Assembly (NCBI RefSeq): GCF_001186125.1
Contig: NW_014040552.1
Coordinates: 207,303-243,507, forward strand
Reading direction: 5' to 3'
Length of the DNA: 36,205 nt
From: Sphaeroforma arctica JP610
Lineage: Eukaryota
Shown: piece after piece, positions 21,589 through 33,675 of the stretch
Layout of the letters: every line of letters begins with the position of its first letter
Numbering within the stretch: position 1 is the first letter of the stretch
Made by a program: the position numbers and the translations under genes
The notes under the pieces: generated by a model
Told to the model about the DNA's origin: nothing
The model's input: the letters and a program-made list of their open reading frames with translations, nothing else
Databases searched by the model: none

Positions 21589-24500
21589 TTACATTGACCT
21601 ACGCGGGGTTGCGTAGGGGTCTGTTTGTGTGTCTAACTCCGGTACGTCATAAGGCGCAGATATAGCTAACAATGACGTCGTATCCTCACTTGGCTCATCA
21701 TCTTTAGACGCCTTGCGTGCATCACTGGCGTGTCTAAATTCACGTAGACAATCCTCTAGACAGGTTTCGATTTTGGTACAGATTTCAATTTGGGGTAAAT
21801 CTGCCAGCAGGGGAGACAACAAGATAACAATGTTTAGAACCATTGCATTGCTAGATACAAAGGCTAATTACCTTCAACGCCTAACGGCCTAGACGTATAT
21901 ATATATATATAATACATACATAGATGCGCACGTGCAATTAAATCTAGCTAAATTCTGCCAAACCATTTTGAATCCGAACATACATTTGTATGTGGAGCGC
22001 TCCCCTCTTAACATCGAGTGCCTGCATAAATCCTCGGAAGGGTTGCGTAGCAGGTTCTTCAAATCGGTATCGTACGAAAGCTCAGGCGTGATAGTGATGT
22101 CCGCTACATACTTTTGTGATAGAGCATGCTGTATGTGATGCGTGGATATGGTTAGTGGACGAATACAAGCGCACACACAAATCGGCGCCTTGCTCAGATA
22201 AAGTCATCTTGTCAAAGAATAATTATGCACTTCAGAAACACATCGGAACATAAGAGTGCTATAGTTTAAATGGTGCGTCGAACATACCTGGAAGAAGTTG
22301 AAGGACCGAGGTACTAGGATTGAAAAGTTTATCGCGAGATGGTGAAGTTCAGACATGACGATGTCTCTCACCTTCTCAAAGAAAAATACACAATGGAATT
22401 TGTCTACATGAAGGGAAAAACGCAAATAAGAGTTTAAATAAGTGATTATCAGATGCAGTATTTGTATACAGACCACAAACAGTATTTCGAGCGATTTCAA
22501 GCGAAAAATCTGGCCGAACTGTAGCATACCTTTATCGTAGCGCATAAATAAGTTGAGGAAAGGGACGACGTGAGGATTGACTTGCGATACTATGAAATGA
22601 TTCACATTGAACAACTCAGACAGCCGCGTCATCGGAAGGTCGTTCTCAAGAGACAGGTCGGAGAAGTAGTGCTTCGAAGGATTCCACTTCACGATGTTGC
22701 CTGAGGTGTATTGCGTGTTGAAAGAATATATACAAGATATATTACCAACCCAAAACCCCAATTGTGCTGGAGATATGTTCCGAATCTGAGAGCTAAGTAA
22801 GTAGATAAATCGAGGTGAAACGATCAACTTATAATTGGTCTTACCTTCATGATCCTTAGCCAGTATATCCACAGGAGCAAACACGCCTGGCATTGCACAT
22901 GAGGCTACTGCCGCACTCCAAATCAGAACATTTGGTGCTGTCAGATAGTTGAGCAGCCAGGGTACTTCATCACGTTCTTTCCCCACCACGGCGATATTCA
23001 CCGGTCGGAATGTCCGGTGGTATGCCTAGTAATGTATGACAGTATTCAGTTTATGCTCGTTAGAGGCCTGCAGAACATTATATCTGTGTCGTTTATTCGA
23101 GCCTATTCTATAAGCCCACAACATCTTAACCTCAGTTGACCTTGCTTCTTTGTTATGCTACGACGAATGAACGGTATTGGTGTAGACACATGAGATTACT
23201 CTCAGACTCTCTTTCTTTTTGGTTAGCCTAGCAACTAGTTTTAATGAACTGGAAGCAGTACCATATTAGACAATCGCGGCAACTGATACATTTGATCCGA
23301 TTCACACAGTACTCAGCAGGTAAGGGATACACTCGTAGTACTTAACGTTTAACTCCTTCAGTATACTCTCCTCATTTAGAGGATTCCCTTTCTTCAGCTT
23401 GCGATACTTGTAAAAGCATATGGTACCCTATATACATAATTCGTTCAGTGTTGTTTGCAGAAGACACGACTGCCCAAATTAAAACTCAAAGTTTAGCACC
23501 AGCGTTGAGGCTCGCTGAATACACTCACTACATCCGACTAGATATTCATACACCAACAAGTAGAACGTAAAAAATGATGGTATAGATGACAGGCGGATTG
23601 AATGAGAATATCAGGATCATACAGACTGAAACTTCGCTATTTGACTTTCATATTGGCACGGGGAAGGTACACACATACCTCTAGAAATGTGTAATTTCCA
23701 ATATTCGATATGCAGAACTCCTGGAGACGATCGACATCCATGAGGTGACCTGTTTCGGATCAGAAAATTATATCACCAACGTTACAAACGCAATTTCTGT
23801 ACAAGATCCATTTTTGTGTGCAGAATTAATTGACCATGTGGCTCTATGGTCATCGCAAAAAAAAAAGTGACGAGCAATTCGCGAAGATATCCCAGTCCTT
23901 AATACGGTGTGAGGTTCAATTGTTCTTTTGCATCATCAACAAGGTCTGGACTCAAGCTTACAACTCACGAAGGTATCCCAGTACATAATACGGTGTGAGA
24001 CCAGTGTTCAATGATTCTTTTGCATCGTTAACAAGTCTGAAATCAAGCTTACAACTCACGAAAGGCATCCCAGTACATAATACGGTGTGAGACTAGTGTT
24101 CAATGATTCTTTTGCATCACTAACAAAGTCGGAACGTGCATCATAAACAAAGTTTACCATGCTTCAAGAACCGCTTGATTTTCCGACGTGCGCTTCCTGG
24201 ACCGAGCCTTTCGAAGGCTTCGAATGTCAAAGCGTCTGGTTCGAATAACCGGGGCAACTCCTCGGTAGTATGTACCGCCAGCAGGCCAGTCAGTAGCGCT
24301 GAAGTAGAGAGGATGCATGATTTTTGTTTGTTTTTGGGTAAGATTTCAGAAATACAGCAGATACTAGTACTGGTGAGTATTACAACCTGTTGGCGTTACT
24401 CAGTCATTGAACATTGCAATTATGGCAGCATATGTCATCGAAGTATGGGGTAGGCAGATGGGCATGAGGGATTAAGAATCAGCACACAGTGACTGACAGA

Positions 24501-26964
24501 TCCGGTGCTCGCACTATAGGGTCGGCAGCGGGTGTTGATCCATAAAGATTAATAAATAAAAAACTAGGTTGATACAGTTGAAGACGACTCTTGGTATGGC
24601 AGACAAGGCTCGGAACACTTCAAACCTATATACTTACGAATAGAGATTTGATTTGTCATGTGCTAAGCAGCACGCTTGTCTTCGAACCGTGCTGTCTTGG
24701 GTTTAAACTTTATTGCAAACCACACTCTAGCGTCTCTAGCGACAGGTGTAACGTGTAATGATATACACTAGATTACAACTTCGTGCATTCATCGAACGCG
24801 CAAGCAAACGGATGAAACTCACCTCCGATGGAGGCTCCGCAAATGATCTTCGGTAGTACGTGTGCCTCGTGCATGCATTTGATAACGCCGAAGTGGTGCA
24901 ACCCCAAAGCCGATCCTCCTGACAAGAGAAGTGCGGACCGCCCATACGCCTGCAATAGACCAAACCACATATGTCACACAAGTCTTTAGTGTCGTATTCA
25001 GAATAGCTGTGTGCACACTGAATGGCTACGTCAACTTTGGTGCTACTACATCGGATAATGCACCGTCCACGCGAGGAAGCTATAGATTGATCTGTGCAAT
25101 TTGTTACGGCCGCAAGCCGTGGCATAGTTCAATATACACTTACATATACTAGTAAACGTAGCATGCCAGTATCAAAATCATAGTTTTGACATTATATCGC
25201 ATTTGACGTCTGTTTGCACCTCTAAACAGCGGGGTGGCGCTGAGTATGCAATACGCGCCAGTACAGTGTCAACGAGAGCTACCGTGGACAGCCACAGATT
25301 GGCGCTGTAAAAAATATTAATATCTATAGCCCCATTGAATGATTTGTATTTGTAACCCAGACAATTTACGCTTACCTGCCGCATATCGGTGAAGAATCTT
25401 TGCTTTGTGATGGGTGCGAAGAAATTGTCTGGCATCTGCGACAAGTGTTTAATAGCTGTGCACATCTGTAGTGTAGTAAGAACGATAAAAAAGTTGTAAG
25501 TATGTGACCTAGGCTTGCCAGACTTCCACACCTTCAAACCCATATCTATATGTAAATTGCTATGCCCTTACATAAACTTCGTCTCAAGCACAACACCCGA
25601 TCGCAAACAGTAGGCTAGCGGCTTTTTAGCATAGACTACACAGACATAGACGCAGACGCATACACAGACAACATATATATATAAATATATAGATCGCAAT
25701 TATCTTCATATATTCAATTAGACCTGGTACACACTCACATACTGTATCAATGTATTCCTCAATCAAGTCCTTCGTGCCAGCCATGGCGTGCAGTTGGAGT
25801 GAGCCCCCACTCATACCACCCAGCCCACGCACCAGTCCCGATCGCAGTAAATAGACCAGCGCCTCGATATCGTCTTTATCCATCGCATCTTGTATGGCGT
25901 CCAGTCTTCTCCTTATCAGTTGGTAATCATACTCGTCACTTTTTTCTTCTCGTCGCCATTTATCGTTCCCTGCATTGAAACAGAACTTGGCTGTTAGAAC
26001 CGTGGAGGCTGAAATTTCCGAGTTTATCGCATTGAAGTGATCCGCAACGGATATGATGGTCAGACATTGCATGCAACTGTTCAGTATACGTGCAGAGGGT
26101 ATTTAATAGCTAATACATATTTGTATCAGGTGTATGGTATGGCTATTTGTTACAGCAAAGTAGTGTTGATTTGTAGTCTGAGAACTATCCTCCGAATTGA
26201 CACTCGTATATTCACATCAAACCTATATACAGGACCGCGTCACAAATATCTTGTAATACAAATACCGCTATAACATGAACTCGTTGCTGCGGTACAGCGT
26301 CAGAGACAATCGCTTCATACTTCTTTAAAACAACATGCAGAGATTAATATTCCATCTGCCTCCGCATGCACACCTTAGGAATAGAAAGCAGGCAACCACT
26401 CAGTACCAGACTAATGGTGGACGCTATAGCTCACTAGGAAATGACACATACCCACACGGCGGTCATAATCGGATGCAGCGTTCTTCCAATCCTTGTACGA
26501 GTCCGCTTGTGTCATGGCATCCTTGATGTTGTCTAGGACCACATCTCGGGGCGAGAAAACCTACGCTTGGGCGAGGGTATCATGCGAGGACAGTATTGGT
26601 CACGTGTGTATATTTAACTACTTACATTCAAGGTCAGACTCACATACAAGCACACTTTGCAACACCTAGATTTTGAACGAATGGCATACAAACTATATTA
26701 TGAATGTAGCTCACTCCGCGATGGGCTTTGAAGTGTTATAGACTTTACTACAGAATTGAGGGTTTAACAATGAAAAGTGCTCGGCAATAACGATAACCAC
26801 GGCAATACTTCAAGAGAAAGATGCAGCCATGGCACATATAAACTTGAATTCCAAAAACATAACTTCAGTTATAGCTAAAATCACACGCTGGCAAACAGCA
26901 CGCAGCGCCATACCCGTACGAGATCCTCGTAGATGTACACTATCAAGCTTATTATCAGGCCCAT
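21589..26964 (-). CDS. Patatin-domain triacylglycerol lipase of the SDP1/TGL3-4-5 type (DUF3336 + patatin), about 546 aa
   Basis: Exons 26964-26914 (least certain), 26560-26452, 25969-25743, 25465-25376, 24949-24823, 24298-24158, 23749-23679, 23025-22845, 22700-22530, 22403-22288, 22128-21984, 21800-21589. Motifs: ADSYKDWKNAA, YDYQLI, GTKDLIEEYI, AYGRSALLLSGGSALGLHHFGV, GASIG, LLNYLTAPNVLIWSAAVASCA, LSELFNVNHFIVSQVNPH, QKYVADITI. Confidence 0.92.
23889..24130. repeat. ~90-bp tandem repeat, about 2.7 copies, in lipase intron 6
   Basis: ATCCCAGT.C.TAATACGGTGTGAG...TTCTTTTGCATC recurs at 23889, 23975 and 24067, and TCAAGCTTACAACTCACGAA recurs in the two full copies. Confidence 0.9.
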
Positions 26965-28112
26965 CGTATCCTTGTCTCGTTCACTTCAGATTTCAGACAG
27001 CGTCGCAGTGAGGATAAGAAAAGCTCTCAGCCACTTACGGATGATATATATATATATAATTTTATAATATATATAATTCGTGATCACAAAAAAAGTGCTT
27101 ACTTTATTTACTAGGTTCGATCAAATGTGTGACACGGTCTGACCTGACAATACGTTGACACCCTCCTCAGCCTCCAGATGGCTGATGATTTATATTTTTG
27201 TACACATATAATAGTAAGTGATCGTTTATATTATGTTTTTAGGCCACACGTGAGTATGGCTGTATGCTTCAGTCTAGACTTTTCCGGTCGCCAAGGGGCT
27301 ATATACTGTGTTCATTTAGATGACTCTCTCTTCTGGGAGTAACATCCTCATCCTTGCATGACGAATAACCCCAATACCAAGCCAAAATCACAGAATATAT
27401 CAGCCTTGATATTTCAGTGTGGAGTGAGTGTTGTAACTTTTAGAGAGTCCAGAGCGCATATGTTGCAGTTTATTAAGTTTAATGAATAGCTAATTTAATG
27501 TTCATTGGATAGCTCATAATAGCCAACCTGAGAGGCTGAGACTTTTGGCGTAAGGTGTACGGATGTTCAAGTTGTTCGAGTTGTCCACTTGAACACCTGT
27601 TATTGTAGTATAAGAGAATATCGCCTGCCAAAAAGGTTTTTACAATATCCAAAGGGAAGTTGGTGTGTACACAGTTACTTGCAATATATGTTGCTGAGAT
27701 TCGAAGTTGCAAAATATTACAGTGTGTACCCATATTCTCCATCAATGCACCTGAAAGGGCTAATTTTGTATCAATTGTAGAAGTGAACGTTTTTAGTAAT
27801 AAAGTGCTAAGGGCAGAAGTTAAACAGACTACCTCGATCGTCAGTCATAGAATTTCAATGGATCAATTTTTCGACACGTCGGTAACTTGGTACAACCAAA
27901 TCGATCGTGTCGTTTTTGCACAGACTTTCAGCACTCGTACTAAAAACAAAGCACGACAAACTGCCCAAGTAAACTGTCGGATTGTCTAGACGGTGAATAC
28001 GAATGTACAGCAGCCGAAGACTCAGTTCCGAATGTAGTGGTTTTATGACCTGCTCTTTATAGTGTCAAGATGCTTGTACACTATCCTGTGTGCATACAAA
28101 CTATTCTGTTCG

Positions 28113-29510
28113 CTAGTTTTCCTTGACATCCTTCCCCCTTTCCTGTCCGTCTATTCTGAGCAACTTCCGCCTTTTTTTCAGAGTCTCTATTATATAATCG
28201 CTGGCAGGGCCAGGTTCCACTTTCCTCGCAAAAGCCATAGTGTTGTTACCTTGTAGCGCCCACATCATCAGCGCTACGCTCTTCGTTGACTGGAATGTTG
28301 AAGGATGTGAGTAGTCTCCTATTTGCGCTAGCCGGACTTTCCGCTTCTTGGCCAGTCTTATGAACCACCTGTACGTGCTATCAATCTTAAACACCGCGAA
28401 GGTCAACACACGATGGTGTATCGGCAGCTTGAGCTCCTGCATGATATCGGGGATGGCATACTCATCAGGCGCCCCCCCCCCCCATCCGTCCCATTTGTCC
28501 ACTATCCTGTCTTCGTTCCGCACCAGTTCTAGTGCGTGGGTTCCGGTTAGAGCTATCCACTGTGAGCCCTTGAGAAGACCGTTGTACGGGTTGCGCTCGG
28601 CTTCGACGAAACTGGCACCTCGATAATCCCCGGTGTAGGCGTGCACGTCGTGACAGGTCATGATTGGCGCACAACTGTCGCTAAGCAGCTGAATGAAGTC
28701 GGGTAGTTGACTTTCTTCACAGTCCAATGCATCGTCGACACCACAACCGCGTTCTAGTGCACTCCGGTACAAGTGGAAGGATGCGTGTAGCATGTTCACA
28801 CTGAATCGCAACGGACCATGCAGTATCTGGCTTCGTGCTACATAGTGTACTTCAGGCCCGCCCAGTACAGTCATGGGTAGTTGGGAGTGTACAACAATGT
28901 CATAGCTCCCTTCTGTACAGGTGCGAAAGTACTCGGTCCATACATCCCACAACGGCAGCGAATCATGCGTCAAGAACACGTACGAGATACGCGCGGGTCT
29001 CGATGTGTGCGCTGAAGTTACAGTCTTATTGCCACCCTGCCGAGCAGCACTTACGTCTCGAAACGGTGCTGTATGACTGATTTCGTCCAGTGAATTCGAT
29101 GCATCCGTATTTGTGTCTATTGGTTGACTATCACCTGTCACGCTCCCCCTTGTGTTGGTTGGTTGATCACCACTTAACACACTTAACCGATCATGTGTGA
29201 GATCTGGCACAGTATCGTGCCCTCGCTTCAACTTTGGCTTGTCCAGGTGCTTCTCAGGCTGGGCTAGTTCACCACTATCTAATGATAGATGGTCAATTCG
29301 GCTCAATGTGTTCAACGGCCTTTTCCTTACATCGGTTCCATTGTCAGCGCCGCGTGCGCTTGTATATAGAGAATGTGTTCTTTCCCCTGATAGTATACTA
29401 TTGGATATGTATCCGAAGATCCCATATTTAGAAATAATATATATACCGATACACCCTAGGGTCAGCCTTAAGGTGCGAAGCCGATAGTTATTCCCACTGT
29501 AAAGTCCCAT
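28113..29510 (-). CDS. Core-2/I-branching family (GT14-like, DUF266/BC10-type) glycosyltransferase, 465 aa, intronless CDS
   Basis: N-terminal transmembrane segment (LTLGCIGIYIISKYGIFGYI), low-complexity stem, then RISYVFLTHDSLPLWDVWTEYF, YDIVVHS, LLSDSCAPI, KGSQWIALT, APDEYAIP, SHPSTF and FARK. Confidence 0.88.
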   Translation of the reverse strand: MGLYSGNNYRLRTLRLTLGCIGIYIISKYGIFGYISNSILSGERTHSLYTSARGADNGTDVRKRPLNTLSRIDHLSLDSGELAQPEKHLDKPKLKRGHDTVPDLTHDRLSVLSGDQPTNTRGSVTGDSQPIDTNTDASNSLDEISHTAPFRDVSAARQGGNKTVTSAHTSRPARISYVFLTHDSLPLWDVWTEYFRTCTEGSYDIVVHSQLPMTVLGGPEVHYVARSQILHGPLRFSVNMLHASFHLYRSALERGCGVDDALDCEESQLPDFIQLLSDSCAPIMTCHDVHAYTGDYRGASFVEAERNPYNGLLKGSQWIALTGTHALELVRNEDRIVDKWDGWGGGAPDEYAIPDIMQELKLPIHHRVLTFAVFKIDSTYRWFIRLAKKRKVRLAQIGDYSHPSTFQSTKSVALMMWALQGNNTMAFARKVEPGPASDYIIETLKKRRKLLRIDGQERGKDVKEN

Positions 29511-29819
29511 TCCTGTCGAATCCTACACAGCAAGTAGTGAACAAACAAATATGATACTTATTAGTCGCCAAAGTACCAGCTAACGCAATAAGCACATGAT
29601 CAAACTATGGCATACATGTGGAAGTCCAGGGCAAAATGCGTTCTTTTTGGACTGCTCAAAAACGACAGCACAATCCTATTCATGTGGATGAAAATTAATT
29701 AAAACACGAGTGCTGTAACCATTTACGAAATACGAGGACGGTACCATAATGGATATAAGTATGTATCGGTAAGTTTACGTACAGAGTGGTGCTTATGTAC
29801 AATTCTATACAATTCTATA

Positions 29820-30525
29820 CAAGATATATATATATATATGCAATACATAAATATATATACATATACATATATATATATAAATATATATACATTACATATA
29901 TGTATTTACGTATATTTACATTTACATATACAGACAGACAGACAGACAGACATGCATGCATATATATATATATATATATAACCACACACATATATGTGTA
30001 TATAATAAAAATAATAATAATGATAAAAAGGATATCATGTATACAAATATTTTTATTACATACAAGTTAATGCTAAAACAAATATCATAAATACTTGTCT
30101 ATCTGCATATATACACGAATATAGATACAAATGTATATGGATGGGAATGTCATGTGAAAAAGATAAAGGCAATATATATATATATATATATATATGTATA
30201 ACTATATATGTACATATATATATTAATGTATAAGTCTATTATACATATACATGTACATACACACATATATTTGTATATATAAATATATATATATATTCAT
30301 ATATATATATATATATATCGTGTATACATAGTTATTATTTTTATGTATATGTAAAGTAGAACTACATGTAAAGTACATATACATATATACACACGCACAC
30401 GCACACGCACACGCACACACACTCACCCAATTTATATATATATATATACAGACACACACACCCACCCACACCCATATACATACATATATATATACAGACA
30501 CACACAACCACCCACACCCATATGC
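29820..30525. repeat. Compound AT/AC-rich microsatellite tract adjoining gap 30526-31279
   Basis: (TA)n, (CAGA)n, (CACGCA)n and (CA)n runs. Confidence 0.9.
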
Positions 30526-31987
30526 NNNNNNNNNNNNNNNNNNNNNNNNNNNNNNNNNNNNNNNNNNNNNNNNNNNNNNNNNNNNNNNNNNNNNNNNNNN
30601 NNNNNNNNNNNNNNNNNNNNNNNNNNNNNNNNNNNNNNNNNNNNNNNNNNNNNNNNNNNNNNNNNNNNNNNNNNNNNNNNNNNNNNNNNNNNNNNNNNNN
30701 NNNNNNNNNNNNNNNNNNNNNNNNNNNNNNNNNNNNNNNNNNNNNNNNNNNNNNNNNNNNNNNNNNNNNNNNNNNNNNNNNNNNNNNNNNNNNNNNNNNN
30801 NNNNNNNNNNNNNNNNNNNNNNNNNNNNNNNNNNNNNNNNNNNNNNNNNNNNNNNNNNNNNNNNNNNNNNNNNNNNNNNNNNNNNNNNNNNNNNNNNNNN
30901 NNNNNNNNNNNNNNNNNNNNNNNNNNNNNNNNNNNNNNNNNNNNNNNNNNNNNNNNNNNNNNNNNNNNNNNNNNNNNNNNNNNNNNNNNNNNNNNNNNNN
31001 NNNNNNNNNNNNNNNNNNNNNNNNNNNNNNNNNNNNNNNNNNNNNNNNNNNNNNNNNNNNNNNNNNNNNNNNNNNNNNNNNNNNNNNNNNNNNNNNNNNN
31101 NNNNNNNNNNNNNNNNNNNNNNNNNNNNNNNNNNNNNNNNNNNNNNNNNNNNNNNNNNNNNNNNNNNNNNNNNNNNNNNNNNNNNNNNNNNNNNNNNNNN
31201 NNNNNNNNNNNNNNNNNNNNNNNNNNNNNNNNNNNNNNNNNNNNNNNNNNNNNNNNNNNNNNNNNNNNNNNNNNNNNNNTCAGTATCTCACTTAGTAATA
31301 ACTTTTATATGAGAAGTGTGTTCGATATATGAGAAACGATCTCTACAAACTTGGATGGAATCTTTCTCTCCTAAATGATGGGCTATCTCCCAAGTTTAGT
31401 CTGTATGCGGGGAGGAAGTAGTTACAATGTAATATTTTGCTTGTACAACTTGACGGCAGAGAAACTTACGTTGTAGAACCAGCTGAGCCTGTATTATTCC
31501 TCGGGTTTCCTATATCGATCTGATCTGCTTATATGACGGTACCCATATGCATATGAAAGCGACTCAGTATCGTATTATAGCATACAGTTTAAAAATGAAG
31601 TGGGGGGTTTTTTTTTGAATCGCACTGGTAGGAGAAGAACAATAGGGGTATAACGGAGAACCAAACACAGAGGAAGCTTTTAATAAATGTGGTATGTGCG
31701 CAATACATGAATTGGTATTTTATAGCTATATCGAGTGACGACTGACGAGTCGCACTCTTTCATCTCTCTCTCTGTCTCTCTAGTAGATTTGAGAGATAAG
31801 ACCAAATTCAGGAGCTACTCTACTGGATTGTACAACTGGTCTGCCGACTGTCGCTACATACATATTTTTTATATTAAAATTGTATGTAAATACCGATATA
31901 AACCGAACACATGAATTTTCATTTCATACTCATAACTCATATACATACATTTCGAATTTCTTCCGACGACCAGGTTTCTGACATTCT

Positions 31988-32445
31988 GTCACAGCGGAAA
32001 TCGTAAATTTAGGAGCGACTCTACAATCTACATACACTCTTTCCAGAGGGCCGTGTTTTTATTGGGTTTCTACACAGTATCACATTTTCAGAAATGTTGA
32101 GATACGTACTTTTTATTGGTATCTATGTTACACTCTCTAGAGGGGCGATGTGGAACGCGGGTTGATGTTAATTTTTACTGGGGCAACCGCCGGCAACGGC
32201 TGAATGGCATCGTAAGATTTGAGTTTTTTTTTGTGAAGGACGGGACACGAAGTCACGATTTACGAATCACTGTCAGAAACTCAGAACTGTACGCCTCCTT
32301 CATTCAGAGAGTGACTCATTCTAAGAGAAGTAAAAAGACTACGCTGGTCGCTGCTTAGTTACATCATGACCAACTAGAAGTGTATTTAAAATTTCATGGC
32401 CCTCTGGATTTGAGTCTGCGCTAAATTTACGATTTCCGCTACGAC
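31988..32445. mobile_element. Putative MITE-like element with terminal inverted repeats, about 460 bp
   Basis: Perfect 20-bp inverted repeat AGCGGAAATCGTAAATTTAG (31993-32012) and CTAAATTTACGATTTCCGCT (32421-32440), plus inner inverted blocks GACTC/GAGTC and CCAGAGGGCC/GGCCCTCTGG. No transposase is encoded. Confidence 0.6.
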
Positions 32446-33675
32446 TCGAGGCCCAAAGCCAGGAGGGCCGTGAAAATTTACGGTATGTAAATACAACGGA
32501 CAAGTCCGTGCTCCGTAGGAGTTACGTTCGTCGGGTTTTTTTGTGTGTTAAATATTTATATATCTTGTCTTTTACCAATTTCCATACCCAGCCAGCCAAG
32601 TGGCCAGGCCCAGGCCCCAGGGTTCCACCACTTTACTAAGCAGAAGATATTAATGTGGGGTTGATTTCTTAGTAGATAAAAGTATCTTGCTTGCCTGTTC
32701 TTTGGGTGTTAATTTTATTTTGAAACAGCTTGTTTCGTGTTCGTTTTTTATAGGCAAAAACAAAACAACAAATTTGTATAATGACCAAGCAAAGTGTCGA
32801 ACTCGCAAGTCATCACGACTTCAAAAATGGGTTTGCAATCATCATGTTTTTTATCGCGTAATCTTTGCGAATCTTAATACACGAGTTTTCGAGACACTGA
32901 AATGAATGCCTTCATGAACGCCCTTGCCATTCCATACCCTCATTCTGGCACATACGATGACATTTGCCGTTTATATGGAGTTACACTCGCCGCAGGCCCA
33001 TTGTAGGCCACCCTGATATATACAAATTGGATTGCATCTGAACGCGAACTACTACAGCTGGCAAAAAAATAGCCGGAATCTACATAAAATACAAACATTG
33101 TTTCCGTCTCATTTCTCGTCCAAGGGTTGCTGTAAACATAATGCCTAACTCAAGCTGCTAGGCATACCCTCATTAGTCGAGGGCACTGGACCCATAAGAA
33201 GTTCGCTCATATATCGCATAGAGACCAGCTGTTGTACGACACAAATGCAAAGTTAATAACGCAGTAGCTTGACGAGAGAGGCTGCCTTCTATATTGTTTA
33301 TTGTCTTCCCGAGGGTACTTCTCTCAGAATGACTCCGTGATAGCGAAGCGATTGTCGAGCATGCTGTTTTTCCTGACATAGAATTTTTTTGTGAAAGTCT
33401 TCCGGCAATGCCGCGATATCGATTACTTTGTTTGTAGCCCGATTTTGTTGAAAATAATAGGCAAAGGCAGATGTCCAGCTCGGTCATGGCTGATGCAGCA
33501 ATATAGCAATAAACAAGAACTATATTGCACACACTTGCGCACTTCGCGTGTATAGGATCTCATTTGGGCTATATGCCCTGGTACATGCTCCCGGCGGCGG
33601 CGGCGGCTTTTTCTTCTTCTTCTGATTGCTTAATAATCGAGGCATGTGTTAGGCAGGGGGATTGTGGACAACTCA

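Noticed and set aside
26626..26748. Possible micro-exons in lipase intron 1
   Set aside because: They cannot be joined in phase to the proposed first exon, and direct 26914-to-26560 splicing is simpler. RNA-seq is needed to exclude them.
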